Positions 26,491 through 36,181 of a stretch of 64,000 bases of DNA are shown here, one piece after another. Made by a program: the position numbers and the translations under genes. The stretch's first letter is position 1, and the number at the start of each line of letters is the position of its first letter. The notes beneath the pieces are model-generated. The model made no database searches. It saw nothing but the letters and a program-made list of their open reading frames with translations, and was not told where the DNA came from. Origin of the DNA: an uncultured bacterium (GTDB lineage: Bacteria > Joyebacterota > Joyebacteria > Joyebacterales > Joyebacteraceae); assembly GCA_964399265.1 (NCBI GenBank), contig CAYNQF010000003.1, positions 3,104-67,103 of the forward strand, given 5' to 3'.

Positions 26491-28848
26491 ATGGCGATTC
26501 TCAATTCCAGGACCGGGAAGGTCCGCAAGGCGTATACGGTCGAGCAGCTCAGGGAGGCCGCGAACGAGATGCGGGGATACGACATGATATCCCTGTACGC
26601 CGCGGGCTCCGGCCACTCCGGCGGCACGCTTTCCATAATGGATATCACCGCGGCGCTCTACCTGCACGTCGCCGATCACGACCCGAAGGACCCGTTCTGG
26701 AAGGACCGCGATCGGATCATCTGGTCGGTCGGCCACAAGGCGCCGTCGCTCTATCTGGGCCTCGGCATGGCGGGCTTCTACGACGTCAAGGACGTCGTCA
26801 GGCTCCGCAAGCTGTACTCGCCTTACCAGGGCCACCCGCACTGGCTTAAGCTAGACGGCGTTGAGGCATCGACCGGCTCGCTGGGTCAGGGGTTGTCTAT
26901 CGCCGTCGGCATGGCTATGGCCGCCAATCTCAACAAGCAGGATCACCGAGTCTATTGCCTCATGGGGGACGGTGAGCAGCAGGAAGGTCAGGTCTGGGAA
27001 GCGGTGATGGAAGCAGGCCACTTCGGTCTCGACAATCTGTGCGCCGTCATCGACCGCAACCGCCTTCAGATCGACGGCTGGTGCTGTGATGTGATGAACG
27101 TCGAGCCGCTCGATGAGAAGTACCGTTCGTTCGACTGGCACGTCATCGAGTGCGACGGACACGACATGGCTGCACTGCTGGCCGCGTTCGAGGAAGCCAA
27201 GACCGTGAAAGGCAAGCCGACCGTCATCCTCGCCGCGACCGTGAAGGGCAAGGGCGTTGATTTCATGGAGGACGTTGCCGGCTGGCACGGCAAGACGCCG
27301 AACGAGGAGCAGATGTGGAGCGCCTTGAAGCAGCTGGGGCTCGACAAGAAACTCCCCGTCAAAGAGATGCTCAAGATCGCCGACGACTGGCAGAAGAAGG
27401 CGACGAAGACGCTCGAGGCCAAGCAGCCGAAGTTCTCGAAGGACTACTTCTGGAACGAGACCCCGAACATGAAGGTCGACATGGACCCGACCAGGAAGGG
27501 GTTCGGCCGGGCCCTCGCCGACAGGGGAGACGACGAGCGGGTCGTGTGCCTGGGCGCCGACATCTCGGGTTCGATCACCATCAGCCAGTTCCACGAGGGA
27601 CATCCCGAGCGGATGGACCGCTGGTTCTCGATCGGCATCGCCGAGCAGTCCGGGACGTGCGTGTGCGCCGGTCTGGCGAAGGAGGGCAAGCTACCCGTGT
27701 TCGGCACCTACGGTGTGTTCGCCTCGGGCCGCAACCTCGACCAGCTCCGCACGACAGTCTGCTACGGCGAGTTCAACGTGTTCATCGCCGGCGCTCACGG
27801 CGGCGTCTCCGTCGGTCCCGACGGCGCCACCCATCAGGCGCTCGAGGAGCTCTTCCAGATGTGCGGCCTCCCGAACATGAACGTGGAGGTTCCGTGCGAC
27901 GCGGTCGAGACGAAGCGGGCGAGCGAGTACCTGCTCTTCGACGTCAAGGGTCCCAAGTACGTGCGCTTCGCGCGCGAGGCCACTCCCATCGTGACCGACG
28001 AGAAGACGCCCTACGTCTTCGGAAAGGCCAACGTCATCAGGTTCCGCGGCGCCAAGCCGAACTTCAAGGACGCCTTCGAGCACACGCTCGCTTCGAAGTA
28101 CAAGAACGAGAACGAGGACATCTCCATCATCGCGTGTGGGCCGTCGGTCCCCGAGGCCATGCGCGCGGCCTGGATCCTCAAGGAAGAGCACGGCATCGAG
28201 ACGCGCATCCTGAACGTCCACACGGTCAAGCCGATGGACAGGGATGCCATCGTCCAGGCAGCCCGGGAGACCGGGCTCGTGGTTACCGCCGAGGAGCATC
28301 AGCGTGGTGGCTTCGGGAACCAGGTCGCCGCGGCCATAACCGGGTCGGACAAGGTCTACGGGACTCCGGTCGCGGTGGGAATGGTCGGCGTCCACGATCG
28401 CTTCGGTGAGTCGGGCGCGCCATGGGAGCTGGTGAAGGAATTCGAGGTCTCAGCGGAGCACATCGCCGTCGAGGCGAAGCGTCTGATAGACATGAGGAAG
28501 AAGAAGACACCGAAGGCGACGTCGGCGAAGAAGAAGGCCGCCAAGGTCCCGGCGCCCAAGACGGGAAAGGGCGCGGCCGGGAAGACGGCGAAGAAGGCTG
28601 CCAAGAGGGCGGTCAAGAAGACGGCGAAGAAGACCGCGAAGAAGGCTGCCAAGAAGACGGTGAAGAAGACCGCGAAGAAGGCTGCCAAGAAGGCGGTCAA
28701 GAAGACCGCGAAGAAGGCTGCCAAGAGGGCGGTCAAGAAGACCGTGAAGAAGGCGGTCCGGAAGACGGCCAGGAAGAAGCCCGCGCCGAAGAAGGTCAAG
28801 AGTGCGTCGAGGCGATCCGTCAAGAGGGCCGCGGCGAAGAAGCGCTAG
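26491..28848 (+). CDS. tkt: Transketolase (fused N- and C-terminal halves) with a ~120-aa histone H1-like KKAAKK-repeat C-terminal tail
   Basis: GSGHSGGTLSIMDITAALY TPP-binding N-domain, and pyrimidine-binding and C-terminal transketolase domains. The tail is KKKTPKATSAKKKAAKVPAPKTGKGAAGKTAKKAAKRAVKK(TAKKAAKKxVKK)n...AAAKKR. Confidence 0.85.
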   Translation: MAILNSRTGKVRKAYTVEQLREAANEMRGYDMISLYAAGSGHSGGTLSIMDITAALYLHVADHDPKDPFWKDRDRIIWSVGHKAPSLYLGLGMAGFYDVKDVVRLRKLYSPYQGHPHWLKLDGVEASTGSLGQGLSIAVGMAMAANLNKQDHRVYCLMGDGEQQEGQVWEAVMEAGHFGLDNLCAVIDRNRLQIDGWCCDVMNVEPLDEKYRSFDWHVIECDGHDMAALLAAFEEAKTVKGKPTVILAATVKGKGVDFMEDVAGWHGKTPNEEQMWSALKQLGLDKKLPVKEMLKIADDWQKKATKTLEAKQPKFSKDYFWNETPNMKVDMDPTRKGFGRALADRGDDERVVCLGADISGSITISQFHEGHPERMDRWFSIGIAEQSGTCVCAGLAKEGKLPVFGTYGVFASGRNLDQLRTTVCYGEFNVFIAGAHGGVSVGPDGATHQALEELFQMCGLPNMNVEVPCDAVETKRASEYLLFDVKGPKYVRFAREATPIVTDEKTPYVFGKANVIRFRGAKPNFKDAFEHTLASKYKNENEDISIIACGPSVPEAMRAAWILKEEHGIETRILNVHTVKPMDRDAIVQAARETGLVVTAEEHQRGGFGNQVAAAITGSDKVYGTPVAVGMVGVHDRFGESGAPWELVKEFEVSAEHIAVEAKRLIDMRKKKTPKATSAKKKAAKVPAPKTGKGAAGKTAKKAAKRAVKKTAKKTAKKAAKKTVKKTAKKAAKKAVKKTAKKAAKRAVKKTVKKAVRKTARKKPAPKKVKSASRRSVKRAAAKKR
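28600..28775 (+). repeat. About four tandem copies of a 36-bp repeat that encodes the 12-aa unit TAKKAAKK(T/A)VKK
   Basis: Direct repeats of the form aagaccgcgaagaaggctgccaagaag(g/a)cggt(c/g)aagaag, inside the transketolase 3' end. Confidence 0.6.
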
Positions 28849-30302
28849 CCGAGCTTTCCGCACCCCGGGACGTGCTTCATGAATGCGTCGATCGCCCTCG
28901 TGGCGCCCGGCACGTGCTGCTCGTCTGACAGCTTCAAGCTGATCGCAGTATACCGCCCGGACGCTTCGTCGAACGCGCTCTTCGGGAGCGAGACGCTCTC
29001 GACCTGGAACTTGGCTCCCGGGCTGAAGCACGGGCCGAACCCGGGCCCCAGCGTCAGCGTGAGCGACCTCTTTCCAATGCGCATCACGGCGAGCCGCCTG
29101 CCCCCGAACCACAGCGACAGCGAACGCTCGGACGTGCGCACCATGTCGCCCGCGATGCCGTACTCGTTCATGAAGTGCCGCACGACGCCGCGGAGTATCG
29201 CGCGCATCGGCCAACCGGTCAGTCGGTACTGCACGCTCTCGATCGCCGAATACGTCTCCCGGAGCGTGTCCGGCAGCAGATTGCGCATCACGAAGTCGCG
29301 CGCGTTCTCGCGCTGTGGGACACACGGTGCACGCTCGACCAGCAGGTCGGTCAGCGCATCGGCAGCTCTGGACGAATTCGCCCTCAAGGTCCGCCACATG
29401 GCGGACTCAAACGACTCTCCGGCATCCGAGAAGCCCCTCGCTCCGAGTTCGTAGACGACCGCGTCGGCGGGAACGATGAGGTCGTATCCCGATTCGCGGG
29501 CGACGTCGGCGATGCGCCCCACCGGAAGCATCGCGCTCGAGTCGTCCTGTCCCATCGACCGCGCGACCCTGCGCACGTCCGTGGCCAATCCCACCATTAC
29601 CTCGTCGGGTCCGTCGAGGTAGCCGAGGCACACGTCGCCGTCTATCTCACCGATGTCGTAGATCGCGACGCCGATGATGGCCTTGCGGTTCCTGACGACC
29701 AGGACGCGTCCCTGGCCCAGGAGCGAGCGCAGTCGCCTGCCAGTGAGCGCCGGGAACTTCCATCCCCTGGGACAGAGGCCGCCTGACGCGGTGAAGCACT
29801 CCGAGCCCCGCACGTAGCGGCGGACCTCCGCGGCCTCCGATGTCTCTGCCTTGCGTCCGGTCAGCGGCCCTTCCGGAAGCGACTTGCCCCAGAGCCAGTT
29901 GGCCCTCGCGACCATCCAGAAGCCCCGCAGCTCGCCCAGGTGCCTGGATGCCGCGTTCCCCGCGCCGGTCGAGTACCTGATGCTCGTGGGCTCAAGCCTC
30001 ATGGCCTCGCGGAAGGCCACCCTGTTGATCTGCTTCACGAGCCCTCTCCCGTGGAGATCGGGGTGGAGGCGAAGCCCCTCCAGCCAGACCTCGCCCGGTG
30101 CCAGGAGCGACACCTTGGACACGCCGACCGGGACGCCGTCAAGCGTCGCGGTCAAGAGGACTCCCTTGTCGTCGGCCAGCCATTTGTCCCAGACGAGCGG
30201 CAAGTAGTCGCTGCCACCCCATATGAGGGACGACATGGCCATCAGCGGTTCGCGGTCGGAGGCGCGGGCACGCCGCACCCTGAGTCTCAGGTCCCTGGGC
30301 AA
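28845..30302 (-). CDS. GNAT-family acetyltransferase fused to a ~300-aa uncharacterized C-terminal domain
   Basis: N-terminal ~150 aa look like an acetyltransferase (LRVRRARASDREPL...GRGLVKQINRVAF). TTG start with AGGAGC RBS. Its 3' end overlaps tkt convergently by 4 nt. Confidence 0.55.
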   Translation of the reverse strand: MPRDLRLRVRRARASDREPLMAMSSLIWGGSDYLPLVWDKWLADDKGVLLTATLDGVPVGVSKVSLLAPGEVWLEGLRLHPDLHGRGLVKQINRVAFREAMRLEPTSIRYSTGAGNAASRHLGELRGFWMVARANWLWGKSLPEGPLTGRKAETSEAAEVRRYVRGSECFTASGGLCPRGWKFPALTGRRLRSLLGQGRVLVVRNRKAIIGVAIYDIGEIDGDVCLGYLDGPDEVMVGLATDVRRVARSMGQDDSSAMLPVGRIADVARESGYDLIVPADAVVYELGARGFSDAGESFESAMWRTLRANSSRAADALTDLLVERAPCVPQRENARDFVMRNLLPDTLRETYSAIESVQYRLTGWPMRAILRGVVRHFMNEYGIAGDMVRTSERSLSLWFGGRRLAVMRIGKRSLTLTLGPGFGPCFSPGAKFQVESVSLPKSAFDEASGRYTAISLKLSDEQHVPGATRAIDAFMKHVPGCGKLG

Positions 30303-30381
30303 ACTGTGGCTCCTGGCTGATGAGTGAATCCCGGCCGGCGATGCGAATGTGTCTGCGGCCGTCCCGCGATGGCCGGCACAC

Positions 30382-30837
30382 CTACAACTCGTCGACCGCC
30401 GCGAGTATTTCGTCCGCGTGGCCGGTGATGCTCACCTTCGGCCAGACGCGGCGGATCTTGCCCTTCTTGTCGATGAGAAACGTCGCGCGCTCGGCCGTCC
30501 TTCCGTTCTCCTTCAGCACACCGTACGCCTTCGAGATCTTCCTGTCGGTGTCCGCGATCAGCGGGAACGGAAGCTCGTTGTTCGCCGAGAACCTCTTGTG
30601 CGAGTCTATGCCCTGCGTGCTGACCCCGACGATGGCCGTTCCCGCCTTCTTGAACCCGTCGGCCGCGTCTCGGAAGGCGCGCGCCTCACGGGTGCATCCC
30701 GGTGTGTTGTCCATGGGGTAGAAGTAGAGGACCAGGTTCTTCTTGTCCTTGAAGTCCCGGAGCGAGATCGTCGAGCCGTCGGACGCCGCTCCCGAGAACG
30801 CCGGGGCCCTGTCTCCAGCCTCGAGTGTTGTTGGCAT
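30382..30837 (-). CDS. bcp: Thiol peroxidase Bcp (peroxiredoxin Q)
   Basis: YFYPMDNTPGCTREA peroxidatic Cys motif. Start at ATG 30837 with GAGGAGG RBS. The longer ORF-track version has no support. Confidence 0.9.
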   Translation of the reverse strand: MPTTLEAGDRAPAFSGAASDGSTISLRDFKDKKNLVLYFYPMDNTPGCTREARAFRDAADGFKKAGTAIVGVSTQGIDSHKRFSANNELPFPLIADTDRKISKAYGVLKENGRTAERATFLIDKKGKIRRVWPKVSITGHADEILAAVDEL

Positions 30838-31293
30838 GTTGCCTCCTCGTCTCGGTGTCGCGGCGTCGCCACGCACGCCTTGGCCCGTCGTGCCCGCCCG
30901 TCGTCCGTCGGATCTCCCCCGACGGGGCTCGCGGAACACACTTCGGCCCCGCCGGACACGGAGATCCGCTGCCATGATCAGTCCAAAGGGGACGCGTCTG
31001 ATCACGCCGGTGCCGACGAGGCCTGCCTGAACGGGGTTGCAGAGATTGTACACGATGGGCGCCGGGCCCACAAGATGGGCGATTTCTGAGACTCGGGCCA
31101 CTATTCTTCCCCGGTCGTGCGCTCTGCCGACGGTGCTCCGTGGGCGACATCGGCTCCCGTTGTCCATTGGGTGTTTCAACATCACGGACTCTGGGTGTAT
31201 CTTAATATGTGTGTGACGAGCATGGGAGGTCGCCGAGCCTCCCTGGACGGTCTCCGCCCCCGAGGCCGACATCCCCCCGAGGAGAGCATCCAG

Positions 31294-34200
31294 ATGAGCA
31301 TGTCCGCGCGGAGCTTCCGGGTCCTGGCGTTGGTCATGGCGGCAGGCCTGTCCGCGACCGCGCACGCCGGCGTGGTCACCGAGCACTACGAGTTTCCCCC
31401 GCCCTCCATCACGTCAGAGGACGGATACGTCAGCGTGACGATGGACGACGCATGGAGCTTCGGGCATCCCGGCGATCCGGTTCTGCCCATGATGCCCGCG
31501 CGCCTTCTCCTCCCGCCTGGAGAGGTCGCCGTCGACGTCACGATCACGCCGGGCGACAAGGTGGAGATCGGTTCAGGCTACCTGGTCGCGCCGGGTCAGC
31601 GCCAGTATCCGCTCTCGTACGATGGACCTGTCGTGCGAGATGAGCCAGAGTACAGCCGGCGCGTCTCGTTCCCTGGGCGCCTCGGCGATCAACCGAGAAC
31701 GGGCTTCTTCCGAGGGCGGTCTATCGCCAGTTTCGCCCTGCATCCGGTCGAGTACGTGCCTTCCACCGGGACGCTCTGGTACTACAGGACGATGGACGTC
31801 ACCGTGACTACGGCGCCCGACGCCCGAGCGTCCAATGCCGCGAACAACATGGCGCGGCGTATAGAAGACACGGACAGTGAGCTCTCGCGCATGGTAGACA
31901 ACCCCGGCGCGCGTTCCAGATACCATTCCTACGAACAGGCTCACCCGCAGGGGTACGCGCTCGACCCGGACCCAGCGTACGACTACGTCGTCATCACGAC
32001 CGAGGCCTGGGACGACTACCTCGGCGACTTCGTCGACTACAAGACGAAGCGGGGCCTGAGGACGAAGGTCGTCCTGGCGTCGTGGATCTACGACAGATAC
32101 GAGGGGCGCGACGAGCAGGAGCAGATACGGGAGTTCATCAAGGACGCGTACCGGACGTGGGGAACGGAATACGTCCTCCTGGTCGGCGACACGCGGGACG
32201 AGAGTGGTATCCCTCACCGGGGCCTCTACGCCTCCGTGACCGACGGAGGCAACACCGACCCGGCGGGTGACGACGGCGAACGTCCGTACGCGGACGCCGA
32301 CATTCCCGCCGACATCTACTACGCGGCCCTGGACGGCAACTGGAACGACGACGGCGACGGCATGTGGGGGGAGCCCTCCGAGGCCGACCTGTATCCCGAG
32401 GTGGCCGTCGGCAGGGCATGCATCAACGAGTACTGGGAGCTCGAGAATCTCACGGACAAGGTCGCGCGTTACGAGGAGGCGCCGGTGGTCGCCGACTGCG
32501 ACGAGGCGCTGTTCGTCGGCGAGTATCTGTGGCCCGCCACGTACGGCGGTGACTACATGGACGAGATACTGTACGGCTCCAGCGAGAACGGGTACACGAC
32601 CGCAGGAATGCCGTCCTCGATGCACGCGCAGACGCTATACGAGAAGGATGGGGCGTGGGCATCCAGCACGCTCATGACCGTCATGAATGGCGGCGTCAAC
32701 ATCGTGAACCATCTCGGGCACTGCAACGAGCACTACGTGATGAAGATGACTCCTCTCGATATCTCGACCTTCACGAACGACGGGACCGAGAGAAGTCTGA
32801 ACTTCGTGTACAGCCAGGGCTGCTACGGCGGTTCGTTCGACAACATGTCGGTGGCCGGCTACTACACTTACGACTGCTTCGCGGAGCAGTTCGCCGTGGC
32901 CCGGTCTGGTGCCGCAGCGATGATCGCCAACTCACGCTACGGTTGGGGTGAGGAGGGCGGCACGAACGGATCCTCGCAGTACTACGATCGCGAGTTCTTC
33001 GACGCGATGTTCGCGGAGGGCATCTACCCCGTAGGCAAAGCCAACAACGACTCGAAGGCGGACGTCGTTTGGGCGATCAACTACGGTGCCAACCGGTGGT
33101 GTTGTTACGAGCTGAACCTCTTCGGCGACCCGTCCATGGAGCTGTGGACGGCCGAACCTACCGCGATGACGGTGGAGCATCCGACGCTCATTCTCACCGA
33201 CCAGGACGAGATGCAGGTGACCGTTCGAGGGTCTATGGGCGAACCGATCGAGGGCGCGCGCGTGGCGGTCTATACGGACGACGGGCGCGTCTACGACACC
33301 GGCGTGACCGGCGCTGAGGGCGAGGGAACCGTCCGGGCTGCGACGCCCGTGTCGGGCACGCTGCGGATGCGCGTCATGGCTCATGACCGCCTGGACTTCG
33401 ATGCTTTGGTACCGGTCATCTCGTCGACCGAACCGTATCTGAACCTGGCGGGAGACGTGCTGGACGACGACGCGTCGGGCGCGAGCAGTGGCAACGGTGA
33501 CGGCGTCGCTAACGCGGGCGAGACGCTCGAGATAACGGTGTCGGTCGAGAATCTTGGGGGAGGCCTGGCGAGTGCGGCGTCGGCGCAGCTCTCTTGTGAC
33601 AGTCCGTTCGTCGACATCATCGACGGATCGGTCGAGTTCGGCGACGTGGGCGCGTTCACCACCGTGGATGGTCTGATTCCGTTCGTTGTCCACATCGCCC
33701 CGGAGACACCGGACGGAGAGGTGCTTGAGTTCTCGCTCGCAGTCTCAGGCGCGTCGCGGCCCGAGTGGAACTACGCGTTCAGCGTGGACGTATCGGCCCC
33801 GGTGATCGCCTACGCGACCCACTTCCTGGACGATTCGCCGGAGGGTGGGAACGGGAATGGATGCCCCGAGGCGGGAGAGACCGTGTCGCTTGAGCTCGTG
33901 CTCTCGAACACGGGACGCGCCGACGCCACAGGACTGATCGTCTCCATCTCGACGACGAACCCGTTCGTTGCCGTCGACAGCGCGATGCTGTCGCGCTCGA
34001 CACTGGCGGCAGGGGAGACCGGGCCGCTCGACGGCGAGTATACGATCACGTTCCTGCCGGGATGCCCCGCCTCACTCGAGGTTGGCCTGGACATCGATGT
34101 GGAGGCCGACTGGGGGTATGAGGCGTCGGACGGGACCACCATCCTTACGGCGGGATCGGACATCATGGAGGACGTCGAGGGAGATCTATCGGTCTGGTTC

Positions 34201-35022
34201 CATGACGTTGCCACCGACGGTTCGGCGGACGCGTGGCACGTCGAGCCGACACGGGCCCATTCGGGGTCCTACAGCTGGAACTTCGGCGGTGACGGGCACG
34301 ACCTCTATCCTCCGTTGTCTGACGGGGCGCTGTACCTCGGCGCGTTCTGCCTGAGCGCAGGCGCCGAGCTGCGGTTCTGGGACTGGCTCAGCGCCGAGAC
34401 CGAGGGACCGACGACCGCGTGGGACTGCGCTCTCGTAGAGATCTCGACGGATCACGGAGTGACGTGGGACCTTCTCGAGCCGGTGGAAGGCTACACGCAC
34501 ACGAAGACCACGAATTCCGCCAACGCGATACCCGACGGAACGCCGTGCTGGTCCGGCATGCACGACTGGCGCGAGGAGGTCTTCGATCTGTCGTCATACG
34601 TGGGTGAGAACGCGATGTTCAGATTCAGGTTCGGCTCCGATGACGCGTTCGAGATGGAGGGGTGGTACGTCGACGACGTGTCGCTCACGTTCGACGCGTC
34701 GGTTGCCCCACAGCCGACGACAGCTGGTGGCCTCGGGCTGCCGGTCGCCTTCGCGCTGCGCCAGAATGCGCCGAACCCGTTCAATCCGGTCACGACCATA
34801 AGGTATGAGTTGCCCACGGATTCGGACGTTCGAATCGACGTCTACAACGTGGCGGGCAGGCACGTGCGCACAGTGGTCGATGGACCCGTTGCGGCCGGCT
34901 ACAACGAGGTGGTCTGGGACGGCAGGGACAACTCGGGGAAGAGGGTGGCGAGCGGCGTTTATCTCTACAGGATGTCCGCGGGCGACTTCGAGTCGAAGAA
35001 GATGATGGTTGTGCTCAAGTAG
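31294..35022 (+). CDS. Giant secreted C25 (gingipain-like) cysteine peptidase with Ig-like domains, a MAM-like domain and a T9SS C-terminal sorting domain (paralog 1, 1242 aa)
   Basis: GAGGAG RBS and signal peptide (MSMSARSFRVLALVMAAGLSATAHA). C25-like core with candidate His (VNHLGHCNEHY) and Cys (VYSQGCYGGSFD). C-terminal Por_Secre_tail (NAPNPFNPVTTIRYELP...VYLYRM...KKMMVVLK). Confidence 0.75.
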   Translation: MSMSARSFRVLALVMAAGLSATAHAGVVTEHYEFPPPSITSEDGYVSVTMDDAWSFGHPGDPVLPMMPARLLLPPGEVAVDVTITPGDKVEIGSGYLVAPGQRQYPLSYDGPVVRDEPEYSRRVSFPGRLGDQPRTGFFRGRSIASFALHPVEYVPSTGTLWYYRTMDVTVTTAPDARASNAANNMARRIEDTDSELSRMVDNPGARSRYHSYEQAHPQGYALDPDPAYDYVVITTEAWDDYLGDFVDYKTKRGLRTKVVLASWIYDRYEGRDEQEQIREFIKDAYRTWGTEYVLLVGDTRDESGIPHRGLYASVTDGGNTDPAGDDGERPYADADIPADIYYAALDGNWNDDGDGMWGEPSEADLYPEVAVGRACINEYWELENLTDKVARYEEAPVVADCDEALFVGEYLWPATYGGDYMDEILYGSSENGYTTAGMPSSMHAQTLYEKDGAWASSTLMTVMNGGVNIVNHLGHCNEHYVMKMTPLDISTFTNDGTERSLNFVYSQGCYGGSFDNMSVAGYYTYDCFAEQFAVARSGAAAMIANSRYGWGEEGGTNGSSQYYDREFFDAMFAEGIYPVGKANNDSKADVVWAINYGANRWCCYELNLFGDPSMELWTAEPTAMTVEHPTLILTDQDEMQVTVRGSMGEPIEGARVAVYTDDGRVYDTGVTGAEGEGTVRAATPVSGTLRMRVMAHDRLDFDALVPVISSTEPYLNLAGDVLDDDASGASSGNGDGVANAGETLEITVSVENLGGGLASAASAQLSCDSPFVDIIDGSVEFGDVGAFTTVDGLIPFVVHIAPETPDGEVLEFSLAVSGASRPEWNYAFSVDVSAPVIAYATHFLDDSPEGGNGNGCPEAGETVSLELVLSNTGRADATGLIVSISTTNPFVAVDSAMLSRSTLAAGETGPLDGEYTITFLPGCPASLEVGLDIDVEADWGYEASDGTTILTAGSDIMEDVEGDLSVWFHDVATDGSADAWHVEPTRAHSGSYSWNFGGDGHDLYPPLSDGALYLGAFCLSAGAELRFWDWLSAETEGPTTAWDCALVEISTDHGVTWDLLEPVEGYTHTKTTNSANAIPDGTPCWSGMHDWREEVFDLSSYVGENAMFRFRFGSDDAFEMEGWYVDDVSLTFDASVAPQPTTAGGLGLPVAFALRQNAPNPFNPVTTIRYELPTDSDVRIDVYNVAGRHVRTVVDGPVAAGYNEVVWDGRDNSGKRVASGVYLYRMSAGDFESKKMMVVLK

Positions 35023-35047
35023 ACTCTGATTCAGAGAGTCGGTCTCG

Positions 35048-35075
35048 CGCACCCCGTGCTCCGGCGCGGGGTGCG
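35048..35075. terminator. Hairpin terminator between the convergent C25 peptidase-1 and nfo genes
   Basis: 9-bp stem (CGCACCCCG / CGGGGTGCG) with a 10-nt loop. Confidence 0.4.
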
Positions 35076-35098
35076 TGCGTGTCGGCGTGTGTCGGAGT

Positions 35099-35953
35099 TC
35101 AGATGGGAGAGCGCAACCGCCTCTCCATGCGTCGCATCGACGTCAGCCTCTTGCGGTCGAACTCGGGTGTCTCGCCCGGTATCTCGAACACGAACGGAAG
35201 GTGTGCGAGTTCGGGGTTGCCGACGAGGTTTCGGAGCGCACGTCTGCCCATGTTGCCCTCCGACCACAGCGCATGCCGGTCGCGGCGAGAGCCGAGTTCG
35301 GCGTGCGAGTCGTTGCCGTGGACGCCCACCAGCCGCCCGATCCCCGGGCCGTCATCGAACTCCCGCAGCATGGCATCGAGCGCTTCCTGACTGCGCAGGT
35401 CGTACCCCAGCGCCCAGAGGTGCGCCGTGTCGAGCAGGATGCCTACCCTGTCCGAGGGGAAGGGGGAGACGATGCCTGCCAGCTCCTCGAACGTTATACC
35501 GATCTCGGTGCCCTTGCCCGCGCCGCCCTCGACGGCAACTGCCGCGCCGCCCGGCGCCCTCTCGAGGACGTGCCCGAGTGCGCGAACGGCTCGCTCCACG
35601 CCGGCCCGCGCGCCGGCTCCCAGGTGGTTACCGGCGTGGACGATGACGGGCCCCGCCTGCAGCTCCGAGGCGCGCGTCATCGCGTCCACCAGAGCTCGGC
35701 GCGACCTTCCCCCGAGGCGCCTGTCGCCAGTGGCGAGGTTGATGAGGTAGGGGGCGTGCACGAAGACCGGTCCCATCCCGGCGGACGCCACGGCGCGGAC
35801 GAAGCCGTCCCGGTCGGCGGGGTCGAGCCGTCCTATGGCCCAGCCGACCGGATTTCCGGAGAATATCTGAAAGGGACCGCAACCGATGTCGGCGGCGTAT
35901 CGGGCTGTGGTGGCGAGGCTTCTCTGCCTCGGCACGTGGATGCCGAATCGCAT
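35099..35953 (-). CDS. nfo: Endonuclease IV (AP endonuclease family 2)
   Basis: HAPYLINLA, LDTAHLWALGYD, and GVHGNDSHAELGSRRDRHALWSEGNMG motifs. Start at ATG 35953. Confidence 0.9.
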   Translation of the reverse strand: MRFGIHVPRQRSLATTARYAADIGCGPFQIFSGNPVGWAIGRLDPADRDGFVRAVASAGMGPVFVHAPYLINLATGDRRLGGRSRRALVDAMTRASELQAGPVIVHAGNHLGAGARAGVERAVRALGHVLERAPGGAAVAVEGGAGKGTEIGITFEELAGIVSPFPSDRVGILLDTAHLWALGYDLRSQEALDAMLREFDDGPGIGRLVGVHGNDSHAELGSRRDRHALWSEGNMGRRALRNLVGNPELAHLPFVFEIPGETPEFDRKRLTSMRRMERRLRSPI

Positions 35954-36068
35954 GAAGGCTCCATTCTCCGGGGTGTTCCGCGGTCCCGGCCGACGAGGCG
36001 GCCTCTGTCGCACGGCCGGTCCAGGAGGTCACGCTTACGGTGCATTGTACCACTTCGATGGAAAACCT

Positions 36069-36097
36069 TTGCGCCGCATCTTGCTAAGTGATATAAT
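36069..36097 (+). promoter_or_regulatory. Sigma70-type promoter upstream of C25 peptidase-2
   Basis: TTGCGC, 17-nt spacer, then a perfect TATAAT. About 85 nt upstream of ATG 36182. Confidence 0.55.
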
Positions 36098-36181
36098 CCA
36101 CGGCAGTTACGTTGATTGAGGCCGTGCCGGGTTTAATTCCGGCGCGGGCCGCACGGATCCCCCGGGAGGAGAGAGGCTGGC

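Noticed and set aside
30382-31386. Long version (334 aa) of the bcp ORF, and the overlapping ORFs at 30349-31089 and 30686-31150
   Set aside because: Only the last 151 aa are peroxiredoxin, and a GAGGAGG RBS precedes the internal ATG at 30837. The upstream part is a 455-nt divergent promoter region shared with the C25 peptidase-1 gene.
35075-36091. 338-aa plus-strand ORF overlapping nfo
   Set aside because: nfo on the minus strand has all endonuclease IV signature motifs. The plus-strand ORF is antisense.
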